DNA of 64,000 nt from Candidatus Bathyarchaeota archaeon (GTDB taxonomy: Archaea; Thermoproteota; Bathyarchaeia; 40CM-2-53-6): assembly GCA_963733055.1 (NCBI GenBank), contig CAVTBR010000003.1, forward strand, positions 352,001 through 416,000, in the 5' to 3' direction. Under the pieces are notes generated by a model. It did not search any database, was not told where the DNA came from, and saw nothing but the letters and a program-made list of their open reading frames with translations. Position 1 is the first letter of the stretch, and each line of letters begins with the position of its first letter. Positions 1-9,867 of the stretch are shown one piece after another. Position numbers and translations under genes: made by a program.

Positions 1-1986
1 CTGGAACCCACATTCAGGACAACGTTTCTCGAGAAGAGTTAGGGTGCCCAGCTGTGGCAAGGGAAGGGAGAAGGTGCAGTTGGTCTTCCATTTTCCGGAG
101 CAACCAATGAACCGTTTCTTGGTTCGAGGATTCTTTACAATTTTGAGTGTTGCGCCGCATTTTGGACATGGGACGAAGAGTGTGATTGAGCCTAGCCACA
201 TCTCTCGGATTATTGATGTAAGTTCATTTCCGAGGTCACCTTCCCGTCCTTTCAGCTCCTCCATTATTGGTTTAAGATAATCAACGGCATCAAGGACAAC
301 ATTCTCCCGACTCTCTTTCCCCTCTTCAATCTGTTCCATCTTTGTCTCCAATTCCCGTGTAAAGGCAACATCGACTACCCTGTTACAGTACTTCGTTAGA
401 ATCTCAGTTATCTGAAAGGCAAGTGGAGTTGCCACCATTCTTTGATCTTTCAAGTATCCCCGTCGGTACAGAGTCTCGATTATCTCAGCCCTAGTGGCTT
501 TCGTCCCGATCCCGGACTCTTCCATTGATCTGAGAAGGCTGCTTGGGTTGTAGCGCGGTGGGGGCTGAGTGTATTTATCCTCGATATTGATTTCAATAAT
601 CTTTACCGAATCCCCCTCTTTCAGTTTTGGCATATTCAGTTCCTCGATTTTGGAGTAGGGTCCGTAGAGCGGAATCCATCCCCTCTGGAGTATTCGAGAT
701 CCACGCATCAGGAAGATTCTTTGGCCGACTTTGAGCGTGGCCTTGTCACTTTGTTTTGTTGCAACATCTCCAAAGGTTGCCAGGAATCGCCGCACGATTA
801 GATCGAAGAGTTTCTGCTCTTGCGGCAGGAGGTTCCGTTTCGGAACCGTTCCAGTGGGGTATACCGCGGGGTGGGCGGGGTCTTCTTTCTTGCCTTCGTG
901 CGGAACAAGCCGTCCGCCTCGCACGCCTCGGACGCTCGACTCATACTTCTGAATCTGGCCAAGGCCTTTCAGGATCTCGTCGAATCCGATAGAAGGTGGG
1001 AGTTTCTGACTTGACGTCCTGGGGTACGAGATTAATTGATCTAGGTAGAGGCGTTCTGATATGCTGAGAGCCAATCTCGGTGTGTACCCGAAGTGTCTGT
1101 ATGCTTCCGACTGAAGTGTTGAAAGGTCCAATGGTGTTGGAGGGGAGAGTTCGTATGTGGAGGATTCGAGTCTTTCAACGACGCCGATTCCCCCTGAACA
1201 TTCTTTGATTACACCTTCGGCCTCTTTCTTCACCTCAACCCGTTCAGTCTCATATGCCGCTTCAACGACTTGCCCGTTCACATCCACCTTAGTCCTTAGC
1301 GTCCAGAAGGGAGTTGGCACAAACGTTTGGATTTCTTTCTCCCTCTCGACGACAAAACGTAAAGTCGGTCCCTGCACTCGCCCCGTGCTAAGGGTAAGGT
1401 AACGGTTGCTCGCCTTGAACGCTGATTGGGTTAGAGCACGAGACATGTTGATGCCAAATAACCAGTCAATTTCGTGACGGCACATACCAGCGAAAGCAAG
1501 CGAAAAATCCAAGGTAGGAAGTGCCTTCGCATATGACTCCCGCAGTTCTTTTTCCGTTAGCGTTGAGAATTTCATCCGTCGGGCTATCTTCTCTGCCCCA
1601 TTGCACGCATACTTCAAAACAGTATAACCAATCAGCGACCCTTCAACATCATAATCGCATGCATTCACGAAGTGGTCCGCTTGCTTCGAAACCTGCGTTA
1701 TAGCCCGTATCCACTTCTCCTGCCTCTGCTGTCCACGTTCCGCCAAATGCTTTGGCATCCAAGAATAATCCCATACTGGGTATTGGGATCTCGCGCCACC
1801 ACCTTTCTCCGCAACCGCATATAGGTGACCAAGCGCAGAGCAGACTAGAATACGCTCCCCATTGTTCACTTCGAAAAATGGGACGCCGTTAACGCTGATT
1901 CTTTTCCCTCGGTCCCTCCCGCTTAGTGCTTCGGCGACGTGCAGCGCGGCATCGGGTTTCTCGGTGACGATAAGTGTAGTTTTCAA
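1..1986 (-). CDS. topA: DNA topoisomerase I (type IA), C-terminus runs off the window
   Basis: Translated manually: TTG start MKTTLIVTEKPDAA (Toprim), catalytic ISYPRTSS, GIGTKATR, C-terminal zinc ribbons (CPKCG, CPECG); motifs checked are all in one frame; absent from ORF track because no stop is in the window. Confidence 0.95.
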   Translation of the reverse strand, partial: MKTTLIVTEKPDAALHVAEALSGRDRGKRISVNGVPFFEVNNGERILVCSALGHLYAVAEKGGGARSQYPVWDYSWMPKHLAERGQQRQEKWIRAITQVSKQADHFVNACDYDVEGSLIGYTVLKYACNGAEKIARRMKFSTLTEKELRESYAKALPTLDFSLAFAGMCRHEIDWLFGINMSRALTQSAFKASNRYLTLSTGRVQGPTLRFVVEREKEIQTFVPTPFWTLRTKVDVNGQVVEAAYETERVEVKKEAEGVIKECSGGIGVVERLESSTYELSPPTPLDLSTLQSEAYRHFGYTPRLALSISERLYLDQLISYPRTSSQKLPPSIGFDEILKGLGQIQKYESSVRGVRGGRLVPHEGKKEDPAHPAVYPTGTVPKRNLLPQEQKLFDLIVRRFLATFGDVATKQSDKATLKVGQRIFLMRGSRILQRGWIPLYGPYSKIEELNMPKLKEGDSVKIIEINIEDKYTQPPPRYNPSSLLRSMEESGIGTKATRAEIIETLYRRGYLKDQRMVATPLAFQITEILTKYCNRVVDVAFTRELETKMEQIEEGKESRENVVLDAVDYLKPIMEELKGREGDLGNELTSIIREMWLGSITLFVPCPKCGATLKIVKNPRTKKRFIGCSGKWKTNCTFSLPLPQLGTLTLLEKRCPECGFQ

Positions 1987-2220
1987 TTATCGACGCACCG
2001 CGTTGCCCTGCTTGCGCATTATCAGCCTCTTGACGGCATCCCCAGTTTCGTCGAGGCTTAGTAGCTTCGAGAAGTACTCGTCTTGGGAGAGACTCTCACC
2101 AAACGCCTTAAGCCATTTGGCGTATTGACCCTGTAGGTTTCTTAACGCGGCTTCATGGAGGTTGCAATATTCCGAGGATGCTTCCCGAGGTTTTTCGCAG
2201 AGGGAACACTGGTCGACCAT
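1987..2220 (-). CDS. Small zinc-finger protein (CxxC...CxxH) directly upstream of topA
   Basis: 77 aa ORF, CSLCEK...YCNLH; its stop codon abuts the topA start. Confidence 0.7.
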   Translation of the reverse strand: MVDQCSLCEKPREASSEYCNLHEAALRNLQGQYAKWLKAFGESLSQDEYFSKLLSLDETGDAVKRLIMRKQGNAVRR

Positions 2221-2296
2221 TGAGTCAACCGTCAGCTACCATCTTCGGAAGAGCAGAGTAGGTATGCGGAGGGCGGTGCGACGAAATTGAACCCGT

Positions 2297-2848
2297 TCAT
2301 TTGGGTTTTCTCAAGCGCCTCATTGGCCTTGCAAACACCCAAGCGGAACCGATCATCGCCCCACATGCCAGAATTTGAGTGATGGAGTATTGCCACAACG
2401 GATCGAGCGATAACACCCGAGCCTCAACGCCCAGCAGCCAGTTTCCAAAGCCTTGGAACTGTCCGGCAGTCCGACTCACGCCGCTTAACCCGTTCCAGAA
2501 CCAGTTTGATCCTAGAAGGAATGGGAGGTATAGAATGCAGACAAAAACCGTGAGAGACATGACGATGACTCTGATCAAACGCATCCGTGCCAATGTGTCG
2601 ACCTCAGGGCCCGCCCATCGGGGAAATATTCGTGTGAACGTCTCGTACCAAGCGACCAACGACGCTAGTAGTATCCCTAGGACAGGCAACCATTCCAGTT
2701 GGATAGCGATCCCGCCGATCATGAGTTCATTTGTCACGGAACTAAGTCCATGGGAGGTCATGTAGAACACGAAGAGCAAATCGAGTAACAGGACGATGAC
2801 TGTCACGCCAAGAACCGAAGAAATCTTGCTTGAGCGATTCGAGGCCAA
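2297..2848 (-). CDS. Hypothetical integral membrane protein (about 4 TM)
   Basis: 183 aa with alternating hydrophobic helices and a basic C-terminus. Confidence 0.75.
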   Translation of the reverse strand: MASNRSSKISSVLGVTVIVLLLDLLFVFYMTSHGLSSVTNELMIGGIAIQLEWLPVLGILLASLVAWYETFTRIFPRWAGPEVDTLARMRLIRVIVMSLTVFVCILYLPFLLGSNWFWNGLSGVSRTAGQFQGFGNWLLGVEARVLSLDPLWQYSITQILACGAMIGSAWVFARPMRRLRKPK

Positions 2849-2947
2849 TCTCTAAACTTCCTATATCACTTGCGTCCAGACGAATTCGTAACCCTACGCA
2901 CAGGGGCTATAAAGAATATCTGCCCCAACGTCACAAAGGAATCAGCT

Positions 2948-4573
2948 TTGTCAAACCAGAGAACGGAAATCATAGGCCGAGGCACTTGGCTCGATATGGT
3001 CGCCCGCCGGGTGATCGAACGCGAAGAGAAGCTCGGTAGAAAGGCGAGTGTACTTCGGACCGAGAGCGGACTGGGAGCCTCTGGGATCCCCCATATTGGT
3101 AGCTTAGGGGATGCCATCAGAGCCTATGGAGTAAAGATTGCGCTCGAAACTCAAGGCCGAGACGCCGAATTCATCGCGTACTCAGACGATCTCGACGGCT
3201 TACGAAAGGTCCCGACTGGAATGCCAGAGTCTCTCAAGAATTTTCTAGGCCAACCAGTTTCTGCTATTCCCGACCCATACAACTGCCACGAAAGTTATGC
3301 AGTTCACATCAACTCCCTCCTCAGAGACGCGATGGACAGATGCGGAGTCGAATATATTTTCCACTCGGCGACTGAGGACTATAGAAAGGGAATCCTACTC
3401 GACCAGGTGCGCAAAATACTCGCGTCCGCGGAAAAGGTTGGAGAGATAGTAAAGGAAGAGGTGGGGCAGGAAAAGTTTACGGCGGTACTACCCTACTTTC
3501 CGATCTGCGGTTCGTGTGGACGAATATATACAACAAAATCAACTTCCTTCGACGAGAAATCTGACAGAGTACTCTACTCATGCGAAGGCAAAGCCGAAGT
3601 CAGAGGTCAACAACTGACGGGTTGCGGCTACAGAGGAGAAGCTGACATTAAGGATGGAAGGGGCAAACTACCTTGGAAAGGCGAGTTCGCCGCACGCTGG
3701 ACCGCCCTCCACATTAATTTTGAAGCTTACGGAAAGGACATAGCTGACTCGGTTCGCATCAACGACAGAATCTGCGAGCAGATACTCAACTATCCCCCAC
3801 CATACCACGTGCGTTACGAAATGTTCCTCGACAAGGGCGGAAAGAAAATATCCAAATCCAAATCAGCCCTCGACGTACTGACACCACAGACATGGTTCAA
3901 ATACGCCCCACCCAGCTCTCTCAACCTTCTGATGTTCAAACGAATCACGGGCGCCAGAAATGTTGGCACCGAAGATATCCCAACGTTTGCTAACGAACTA
4001 TACCGTCTGGAAGAAATCTACTTTGGGTTACGCAAGATTGCGGATGAGAAGGAAGGCGCCAAATTGAGGGGATTGTACGAATATGCATATTTGCTCAAAC
4101 CCCCACCAGCTGCAACGGCTCACGTCCCATACAATTTACTCGTTTACCTTGTGACGGTTGCCCCAGCCGAGAATAAAATGGACTACGTCGAGACGAAGCT
4201 TCGCGAATACGGTTACCTCAAGGATGGACTGACTCCCTCGATCCACCAGCAGCTGGATTATGCGACGAATTGGGCGAAGGATTTTCAGGAGATCCCGGAA
4301 ACAGAGATCGAAATCAAGAATACAGAGAGACTCGCGATAGAGGACTTGATCGCGATTGTGCGCAATGAAACCGACGAGAGAATTCTACAAAACAGCATCT
4401 TCAACTTGGCGAAGAAGTATGCCATCGAGCCTTCGACATTCTTCAAGCTCCTCTACACAATCCTGTTAGGATCACCTCGCGGACCTAGGTTGGGACCGTA
4501 CATCAAAGCCATGGGCAGCGAAAACGTAGCTCGTGCGCTTGGTCGAGCAATCGGAACAGCGGTACCTTCCTAA
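2948..4573 (+). CDS. lysS: Lysine--tRNA ligase, class I
   Basis: SGIPHIGS (HIGH-like), DDLDGLRKVP, GKLPWKGE, KISKSK (KMSKS-like), GPRLG anticodon-binding domain; start uncertain (ORF open from 2870, TTG 2948 preferred). Confidence 0.97.
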   Translation: MSNQRTEIIGRGTWLDMVARRVIEREEKLGRKASVLRTESGLGASGIPHIGSLGDAIRAYGVKIALETQGRDAEFIAYSDDLDGLRKVPTGMPESLKNFLGQPVSAIPDPYNCHESYAVHINSLLRDAMDRCGVEYIFHSATEDYRKGILLDQVRKILASAEKVGEIVKEEVGQEKFTAVLPYFPICGSCGRIYTTKSTSFDEKSDRVLYSCEGKAEVRGQQLTGCGYRGEADIKDGRGKLPWKGEFAARWTALHINFEAYGKDIADSVRINDRICEQILNYPPPYHVRYEMFLDKGGKKISKSKSALDVLTPQTWFKYAPPSSLNLLMFKRITGARNVGTEDIPTFANELYRLEEIYFGLRKIADEKEGAKLRGLYEYAYLLKPPPAATAHVPYNLLVYLVTVAPAENKMDYVETKLREYGYLKDGLTPSIHQQLDYATNWAKDFQEIPETEIEIKNTERLAIEDLIAIVRNETDERILQNSIFNLAKKYAIEPSTFFKLLYTILLGSPRGPRLGPYIKAMGSENVARALGRAIGTAVPS

Positions 4574-4924
4574 GACCGAGCGTGCCGCCGCAACAGAATT
4601 TTCCCGCGTAATTTTCCACGATATATAAAGAACACTGGGTGGACAACTTTCGACCGAGGAACCTAGGCCATTTCATCTACAAACCATATTTCCGGGGCGC
4701 TCTTTAGCCCCCCCTAAACGCATTTCATACGAGAACTGACTCCACTACGACTAATCCGCAGTCACCGATCACGATGTTTCGAAAGATGACGCTCTCTTCT
4801 CCTTCAAGCGCGAACACCTTGGATGATCGTTCATGACCTTTGAAAGGAGGTTAATTTATCCGACAGTCGTTACTGGTTTAGTGCCCGCCCTCAATGCGAG
4901 CAATTTGGGGAAACAAGGGCAAAC

Positions 4925-5026
4925 GGGCCCGTAGTCTAGTCTGGATTAGGACGGTGAGGGAGCTTCAACTCTCACGTAGGCCTGCGGAGCCGCAAATCCT
5001 GGGTTCAAATCCCAGCGGGCCCGCCA
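4925..5026 (+). tRNA. tRNA-Arg(GCG) with 23-nt intron at 29/30 (4957-4979), encoded CCA
   Basis: Acceptor GGGCCCG/CGGGCCC, T-loop TTCAAAT; removing the intron restores anticodon stem GTGGC/GCCGC around CT-GCG-GA; BHB-like junction. Confidence 0.93.
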
Positions 5027-5138
5027 CTCATCCCTCGAACTCTGTTCTATGGAGCTCATCACGAATGCAGATAAGCAAATAAAAATGGAAAACCAATGGG
5101 GTACCTTGCTGATCGAGAGTTTTCTTGAGGTGTCTGTG

Positions 5139-5393
5139 CTACTCCGCCGGTATGGTCTGCTGGCGACTCTCGTAAGTCTCAGCTGATGCCTGGTCCAGGT
5201 CTCTCAGGGCTGAAGCGGCTTGCGCCTTGATGTCCGAGCTGTTCATGCCTTCTTCGATTCCTTCTTCAACGGTATCGGCTACTTTGGACGCGTTGTTTTC
5301 GGAAGCTCCCGCTTTGAGTAGCGAAGTCTTCAGTTTCTCCTTGTCAAACTCTTCGACACTCCCGTCAATTTTTGTTATCATTACCATATGCAT
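5139..5393 (-). CDS. Stand-alone ATP-cone domain protein
   Basis: ITKIDGSVEEFDKEKLKTSL...SSDIK matches the ATP-cone pattern VxKRDGxxExFDxxKI; GGAGGTGA SD upstream. Confidence 0.85.
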   Translation of the reverse strand: MHMVMITKIDGSVEEFDKEKLKTSLLKAGASENNASKVADTVEEGIEEGMNSSDIKAQAASALRDLDQASAETYESRQQTIPAE

Positions 5394-5632
5394 TTCACCT
5401 CCGATCCGCGAAATTCCGGCGCAGAAGGACCGACTCTCGATACGATATTGTTTAGTGAAAAAAGTGGATCCGAATTCAAAAGGTAAGAAACAGATTCAAC
5501 GGTAAGATCAGAATGGAAAACACTGACCACCTTATTCCATGATGAACTTTGCCGATATTCCCTTGATCCATTGGTTCTACACTTTCCACCCGCCCTTAAG
5601 GGAAAGCGACGCGCTGTAGAGGGTGTTGCGAA

Positions 5633-6289
5633 ATGTCTGCCCCAAAAGTTCCCAGACTGATTCTTCTGTCCTTTCTTGTGTTGTTGGCCGTTTCGGTTTC
5701 ATCAATTTCAAGCAGCTCAGAAGCGTATAACCAGTCATGTCAGGTTAACAACTTCACCCCTACATTTCCAAACAGTGTCGCGCCGGGGCAAACGGTACAG
5801 GTTACAACAACGATTGTCGTTAACTGCGCGCAATGGAGAACTTACTATTCAGCGAGAGTGGACCTTCTGGACCATCACTCGCAGCGCATTTTCTCTACTA
5901 GCACATTCCAGATAGGCTGGAAACCCAATGTCACGGCGATCGTTTCGAACGCGGCCGTCGCCCCACAAAGCGGCGGCCCGTGGGCTCTGCAACTTAACCT
6001 TTACATCTTTGAAGAAGCAGGCGAGGTCGGCAGTTTCAACCGTGTCTTCGACGTTCAGGTTGGAAACGCTGTAGCCAATACCCCACCGACAAACTCGACG
6101 AGTTCCACCGCACTCGCAACGACCGCCACCGCCGCAGCAAGCCAAACATCGTCACCATTGGAAAATATCCCAGCAAGCACGGGTACATCGCCTGGTGTCG
6201 GAGAAACAGTTTACATTCTCATCGCATTGGCGGTCGCCGGCGTTCTCTGTGCTGCACTCATTTTTAGAAACCGAAAGCATACCACTTGA
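5633..6289 (+). CDS. Secreted Ig-like protein with Thr/Ser linker and C-terminal TM anchor
   Basis: Signal peptide, beta-rich domain, C-terminal hydrophobic helix plus RNRK; paralog of 22372-22905. Confidence 0.8.
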   Translation: MSAPKVPRLILLSFLVLLAVSVSSISSSSEAYNQSCQVNNFTPTFPNSVAPGQTVQVTTTIVVNCAQWRTYYSARVDLLDHHSQRIFSTSTFQIGWKPNVTAIVSNAAVAPQSGGPWALQLNLYIFEEAGEVGSFNRVFDVQVGNAVANTPPTNSTSSTALATTATAAASQTSSPLENIPASTGTSPGVGETVYILIALAVAGVLCAALIFRNRKHTT

Positions 6290-6464
6290 ACGGGCACAAC
6301 CGCCTTACGCTTTGCAGCGACGACTGCATGACATATGCGGATTTTGGTTGCTCTTAATTTTAACCTACCATTCCGAGTGTGTTGGCGAGTAATACTTTCG
6401 ACATGTTGAAAATCATACGATTACTTTTAGTCACTCACAACGGCATGCCTAGTTGTGACCGTGC

Positions 6465-6560
6465 ATGAACACATTCGACGGCCTTGAGGAAATCATTTCC
6501 CTCGGGGAATACCAAAAGGAGCTGTCGAAACTTCAGAAGCTAGTTAGGATCTTTCAGTAA
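6465..6560 (+). CDS. Possible 31-aa amphipathic peptide MNTFDGLEEIISLGEYQKELSKLQKLVRIFQ
   Basis: Manual translation; protein-like helical pattern only. Confidence 0.25.
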   Translation: MNTFDGLEEIISLGEYQKELSKLQKLVRIFQ

Positions 6561-6655
6561 GATTAGCAAACAGCTCCGCTGGGGAATCGTGCGCTGAACG
6601 ATAGGTTAGAGGATAAATTCTAGAAAAAGATTCGGGCGCCGGGAAAAAGCGGCGA

Positions 6656-6823
6656 TTAGGTGCGCATGTAGTTTTGGCCTGGCTTCCGTCCCAATTCGAA
6701 GCGTTTCTCAGAATTCCTTCTCACCCTTATTTTGGGGATAGGGGAATGCCGTTCACGCCCTTGGACCTTCGGGGTCTGGGATCGGACTTTGCCTGCCTTA
6801 GTTAACGAACCGTGAGTTGGTAT
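6656..6823 (-). CDS. rps30e: 30S ribosomal protein S30e (ATA start codon)
   Basis: Manual translation (M)PTHGSLTKAGKVRSQTPKV..., the S30e signature; SD GGAGGTG upstream; in-frame TGA two codons upstream forces an ATA start. Confidence 0.95.
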   Translation of the reverse strand: MPTHGSLTKAGKVRSQTPKVQGRERHSPIPKIRVRRNSEKRFELGRKPGQNYMRT

Positions 6824-7022
6824 CTCTCACACCTCCAATTATGAAGAGCGAAAGGACGCTCCACCGTAATTAGTCTTTATACCCTATGAGATTCTCCCGA
6901 AATTCCATAATCGGACTGCGAGAAAGTTTTTCGGGTCATTTACTGTCATTTTGTTGCACCTTCTTGCGACCATTGAGAGAAATCTTATATCGAATTTCGA
7001 TAGGTGCGCGGGTTTGATTACT

Positions 7023-7160
7023 ATGAGCCGCTGTTCCTCATTCTTATGCACCAGCCCGGCGAACTGGACATGTTCCGAATGCGGCCGACCTTACTGCTTC
7101 TTCCACACCACAACCCACGGGCATGAAGTCACCGAACGAGTCCTCACCGTCAGTGCGTAG
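7023..7160 (+). CDS. Small Cys/His zinc-finger protein (AN1/B-box-like)
   Basis: C-x4-C...CxxC-x4-C-x2-H-x3-H in 45 aa. Confidence 0.55.
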   Translation: MSRCSSFLCTSPANWTCSECGRPYCFFHTTTHGHEVTERVLTVSA

Positions 7161-7213
7161 GCAATCTTAGCGCGATCAACCGGTATATGAGTCCGACGTT
7201 CTTCTCCTTGACG

Positions 7214-8671
7214 TTAGGCCACGGCTAAGGCATCTTCGAAGAAATAGCGTGTCGCACCGAGGGTTTGCATTTCTAGCGGACGCACGTTCACGACCAGCGG
7301 AAAGTTAGCCACAACGTCGCCTATGGCGAGACAGCGGTGCGGAGGTAGATCGCGCACAACCATGCGTATCGTGTCCGCGTCGACTTTGGCTACTTTTGAA
7401 ACGATTTCGAGATCGTGTTCGTTGCTGAAGTTGAAAAGGAATACATTGTCTGCTTGGCGATAGATACTGCTTTGAATTGTATCTGGCTGGTTTGTTACGA
7501 AAGTCGTGAATAGGCCCAGGTGCCGCATTCGAGTAACCACATCATCCCAGTAAGTCTCTCGCAGGTAGAGGTGGGCTTCTTCGGCGAACAGGAAGAGTGC
7601 TCGGAGTTTCTGTGTGGATAGGAGTTCGGTGAACTTGCTGATGAGCAATTCCACGACGATTCGTCGAAGAGCTGAGTATTGGTTCTTCATATTCACGATC
7701 AACGCGCAACCGGTGGAGTGGTTTCTGAAAAGTTCTTCCAGGTTTAGGGCTGTGCGATTGTCGTCGGTGAATATGCCTGAATCGTCCAAAGTGTTGAACC
7801 GGGCTTGCAACGCGTCTTTGATGCTTTCGTGGCAGTCGGCGTTGGCGATCGCGGCGCCAAGCGCCGTCATTGTAAGCTGATTCTGCCGTTCGAGATCGCG
7901 CCATATGCGGCTGAATATGCGTGCAGAGTTCTCGGGTAGTGCGAGCGCGTAAATCAACGTCCCAAGAAGGGTACTAAGCCCAACTTCCCTCAGGCTGAAC
8001 CTCAGGTTTAGACCTGGGATAAGGGAGATTATCTTTGGTGATAGGTGCATCTGGCGCCCGTCCGTAGCGCGGCCCAAGTTCACGTATTCCCCGTTCACAT
8101 CCAGAACCACGACCGGCGCGCCTTCATGGACAAGGCTCGTCACCAAAAGCTTCGTGAGGTGAGACTTGCCTGTTCCTTTCCTACCCGTCACTATGTTAAG
8201 CCGACCGTCGAGGGCCGCCAGGTCTGAGTTGATGTGTGGAAAGCGGTGCGTGGACCCAAGTTCGAACGCGTGCCTTGACGATAGGTTCTCCAGGAATATT
8301 TTCGCTGGCATCGCCTCTACATGGGAGTGGTTTCTGGACGGCAACCAAGCGACATCTCGGCTGATGCGTCCGTTCTCAATAGCTCCCCTAATTTTCCCAA
8401 CGAGTAATCGCGTATCTTTCAAGACCCTGATTTGTGATGATACTTTGAAAGGGTCGACCTCATCGCCCGAGAGTGAGCCTTCGGATATGCCGTCCCGGAG
8501 TAAGTCCTCTAGAATGCCGGGTATGTTTGCGTACTGAATATCGATCACCTGCACGATCAGGGAACGTTGCTTGACTCTGTCGGTCACGAGTAAGTAGTCC
8601 CCTTTGTCCACTTCCTCATCCGGAAAGCACAAGAGTTGCATGTCGTCGGCTTCCTTTCTGAGGATCTTCAA
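7214..8671 (-). CDS. herA: HerA-like (DUF87) ATPase/DNA translocase
   Basis: N-terminal beta-barrel, Walker A GRKGTGKS, VLDVNGEY, Walker B LFAEEAH, RMRHLG, TNQP; probable TTG start overlaps the nurA stop (TTGA); ORF open from 8686. Confidence 0.9.
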   Translation of the reverse strand: MKILRKEADDMQLLCFPDEEVDKGDYLLVTDRVKQRSLIVQVIDIQYANIPGILEDLLRDGISEGSLSGDEVDPFKVSSQIRVLKDTRLLVGKIRGAIENGRISRDVAWLPSRNHSHVEAMPAKIFLENLSSRHAFELGSTHRFPHINSDLAALDGRLNIVTGRKGTGKSHLTKLLVTSLVHEGAPVVVLDVNGEYVNLGRATDGRQMHLSPKIISLIPGLNLRFSLREVGLSTLLGTLIYALALPENSARIFSRIWRDLERQNQLTMTALGAAIANADCHESIKDALQARFNTLDDSGIFTDDNRTALNLEELFRNHSTGCALIVNMKNQYSALRRIVVELLISKFTELLSTQKLRALFLFAEEAHLYLRETYWDDVVTRMRHLGLFTTFVTNQPDTIQSSIYRQADNVFLFNFSNEHDLEIVSKVAKVDADTIRMVVRDLPPHRCLAIGDVVANFPLVVNVRPLEMQTLGATRYFFEDALAVA

Positions 8672-9776
8672 TGAAGAGCCTCCCACGCCGTCCCAAAGGG
8701 ACCGAATAACGAATGTCTCAGGGCGAGTTTAGGCATCATTTGAACCCCGAATTCGGCTTGAGCGAACACCTGCATGGCGAGGACGTCCATCGCAGTGAAA
8801 GTCGAGAGCACGTGCGCCATTCTGAGGGTTTCAGGGTAGCCTTGATCAACAATGTCTGTGCCAGCAAGCTGAGCGAACTCACTCACGGCGGCATCGGCGG
8901 AAATTTGTCTATCGATGTCGATTCGGAACGGGAACCCGAACCTCGCAAGTTTCGCAACGAAAACGCAGACCCAAGAACTGTACCGGATACGGCGGAAACT
9001 GCTCCGTAACCTCCGTGTCGACGTCTAGCAAGCATGGATCTGATTCATTTTCGAGCAGCCCAGTCAGACCTTCATTTCTTATTCGCAGTTTAGTTTTTTT
9101 CGATATGGCGATGAGCGCGCTACCTGAACGGCGCAGCGTTCTCCAAGATACGTTCGAGTTCTCTAGAAGGGTTGTCTGGAGTTCCAGCCGTGAGCGAGCC
9201 ATCGATTAGCAGGAAAGCGTTTCCAACGGAGGAACTCACATTATACTGCAGCCAGCGTTCAAGCATGTTACGAACTCGTTTCAGCAATCCCTCGACATTT
9301 GGCTCACCAGAAAATGGCGGTAGACCCAGACTCGCGAACCTTTGCGACACAAGCGGGCTATTGTAGCCGAGCGAAAACACAAATGGTCCATACCTCACAT
9401 AGCGATACCGCTTGTCTTCAAGAACAACCACGGCTCCCCGAAGTGCGCAGAGCACCCCATCTGCTAGCTCGCCAAGCTTGATGGATGACGTGTCAACTGC
9501 GATCACTGGCCGGTCTGTGTTGACTGGGTGAAGTTTGGCGACGTGCTCATCATTAGCATCGAGATCCAACGTGAAACCGTCCGCGCCGTCGTATTGTGTG
9601 CTCCCGAAGTCGGGTGGGACATCAGGTACCGTGTAGAGCGGGTTTCCTCTGATCGCTTCTATTGAATCGCGGCAGAAGTCTAGGAAATGCTTTGGGATTA
9701 CGCTAGAGTCTTCCGGGGAGAGAAAGTTACTTATCTTCTGTTGCGTAGCTGTGGTTTGGTGGGTGTGGCGGCTCAT
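8668..9776 (-). CDS. nurA: NurA-domain nuclease, split by two +1 frameshifts (about 9135 and 8967), probably sequencing errors
   Basis: IAVDTS, LLIDGSL, IAISKKT, FRIDID, GYPETLRMAHVLSTF motifs spread over three ORFs; deleting one A at 9135 and one at 8967 gives a continuous protein. Confidence 0.85.
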
Positions 9777-9867
9777 TTCACTCCAGCCCCCGTATGCGGG
9801 TCGATTCCCCAAATCCCCCGCTGCCGCCGCACCCTCTCTCTATGTGCGGCCATCAACCTTCACATTC

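Noticed and set aside
1-1986. Reverse gyrase
   Set aside because: Protein starts directly with the Toprim domain; no helicase domain upstream
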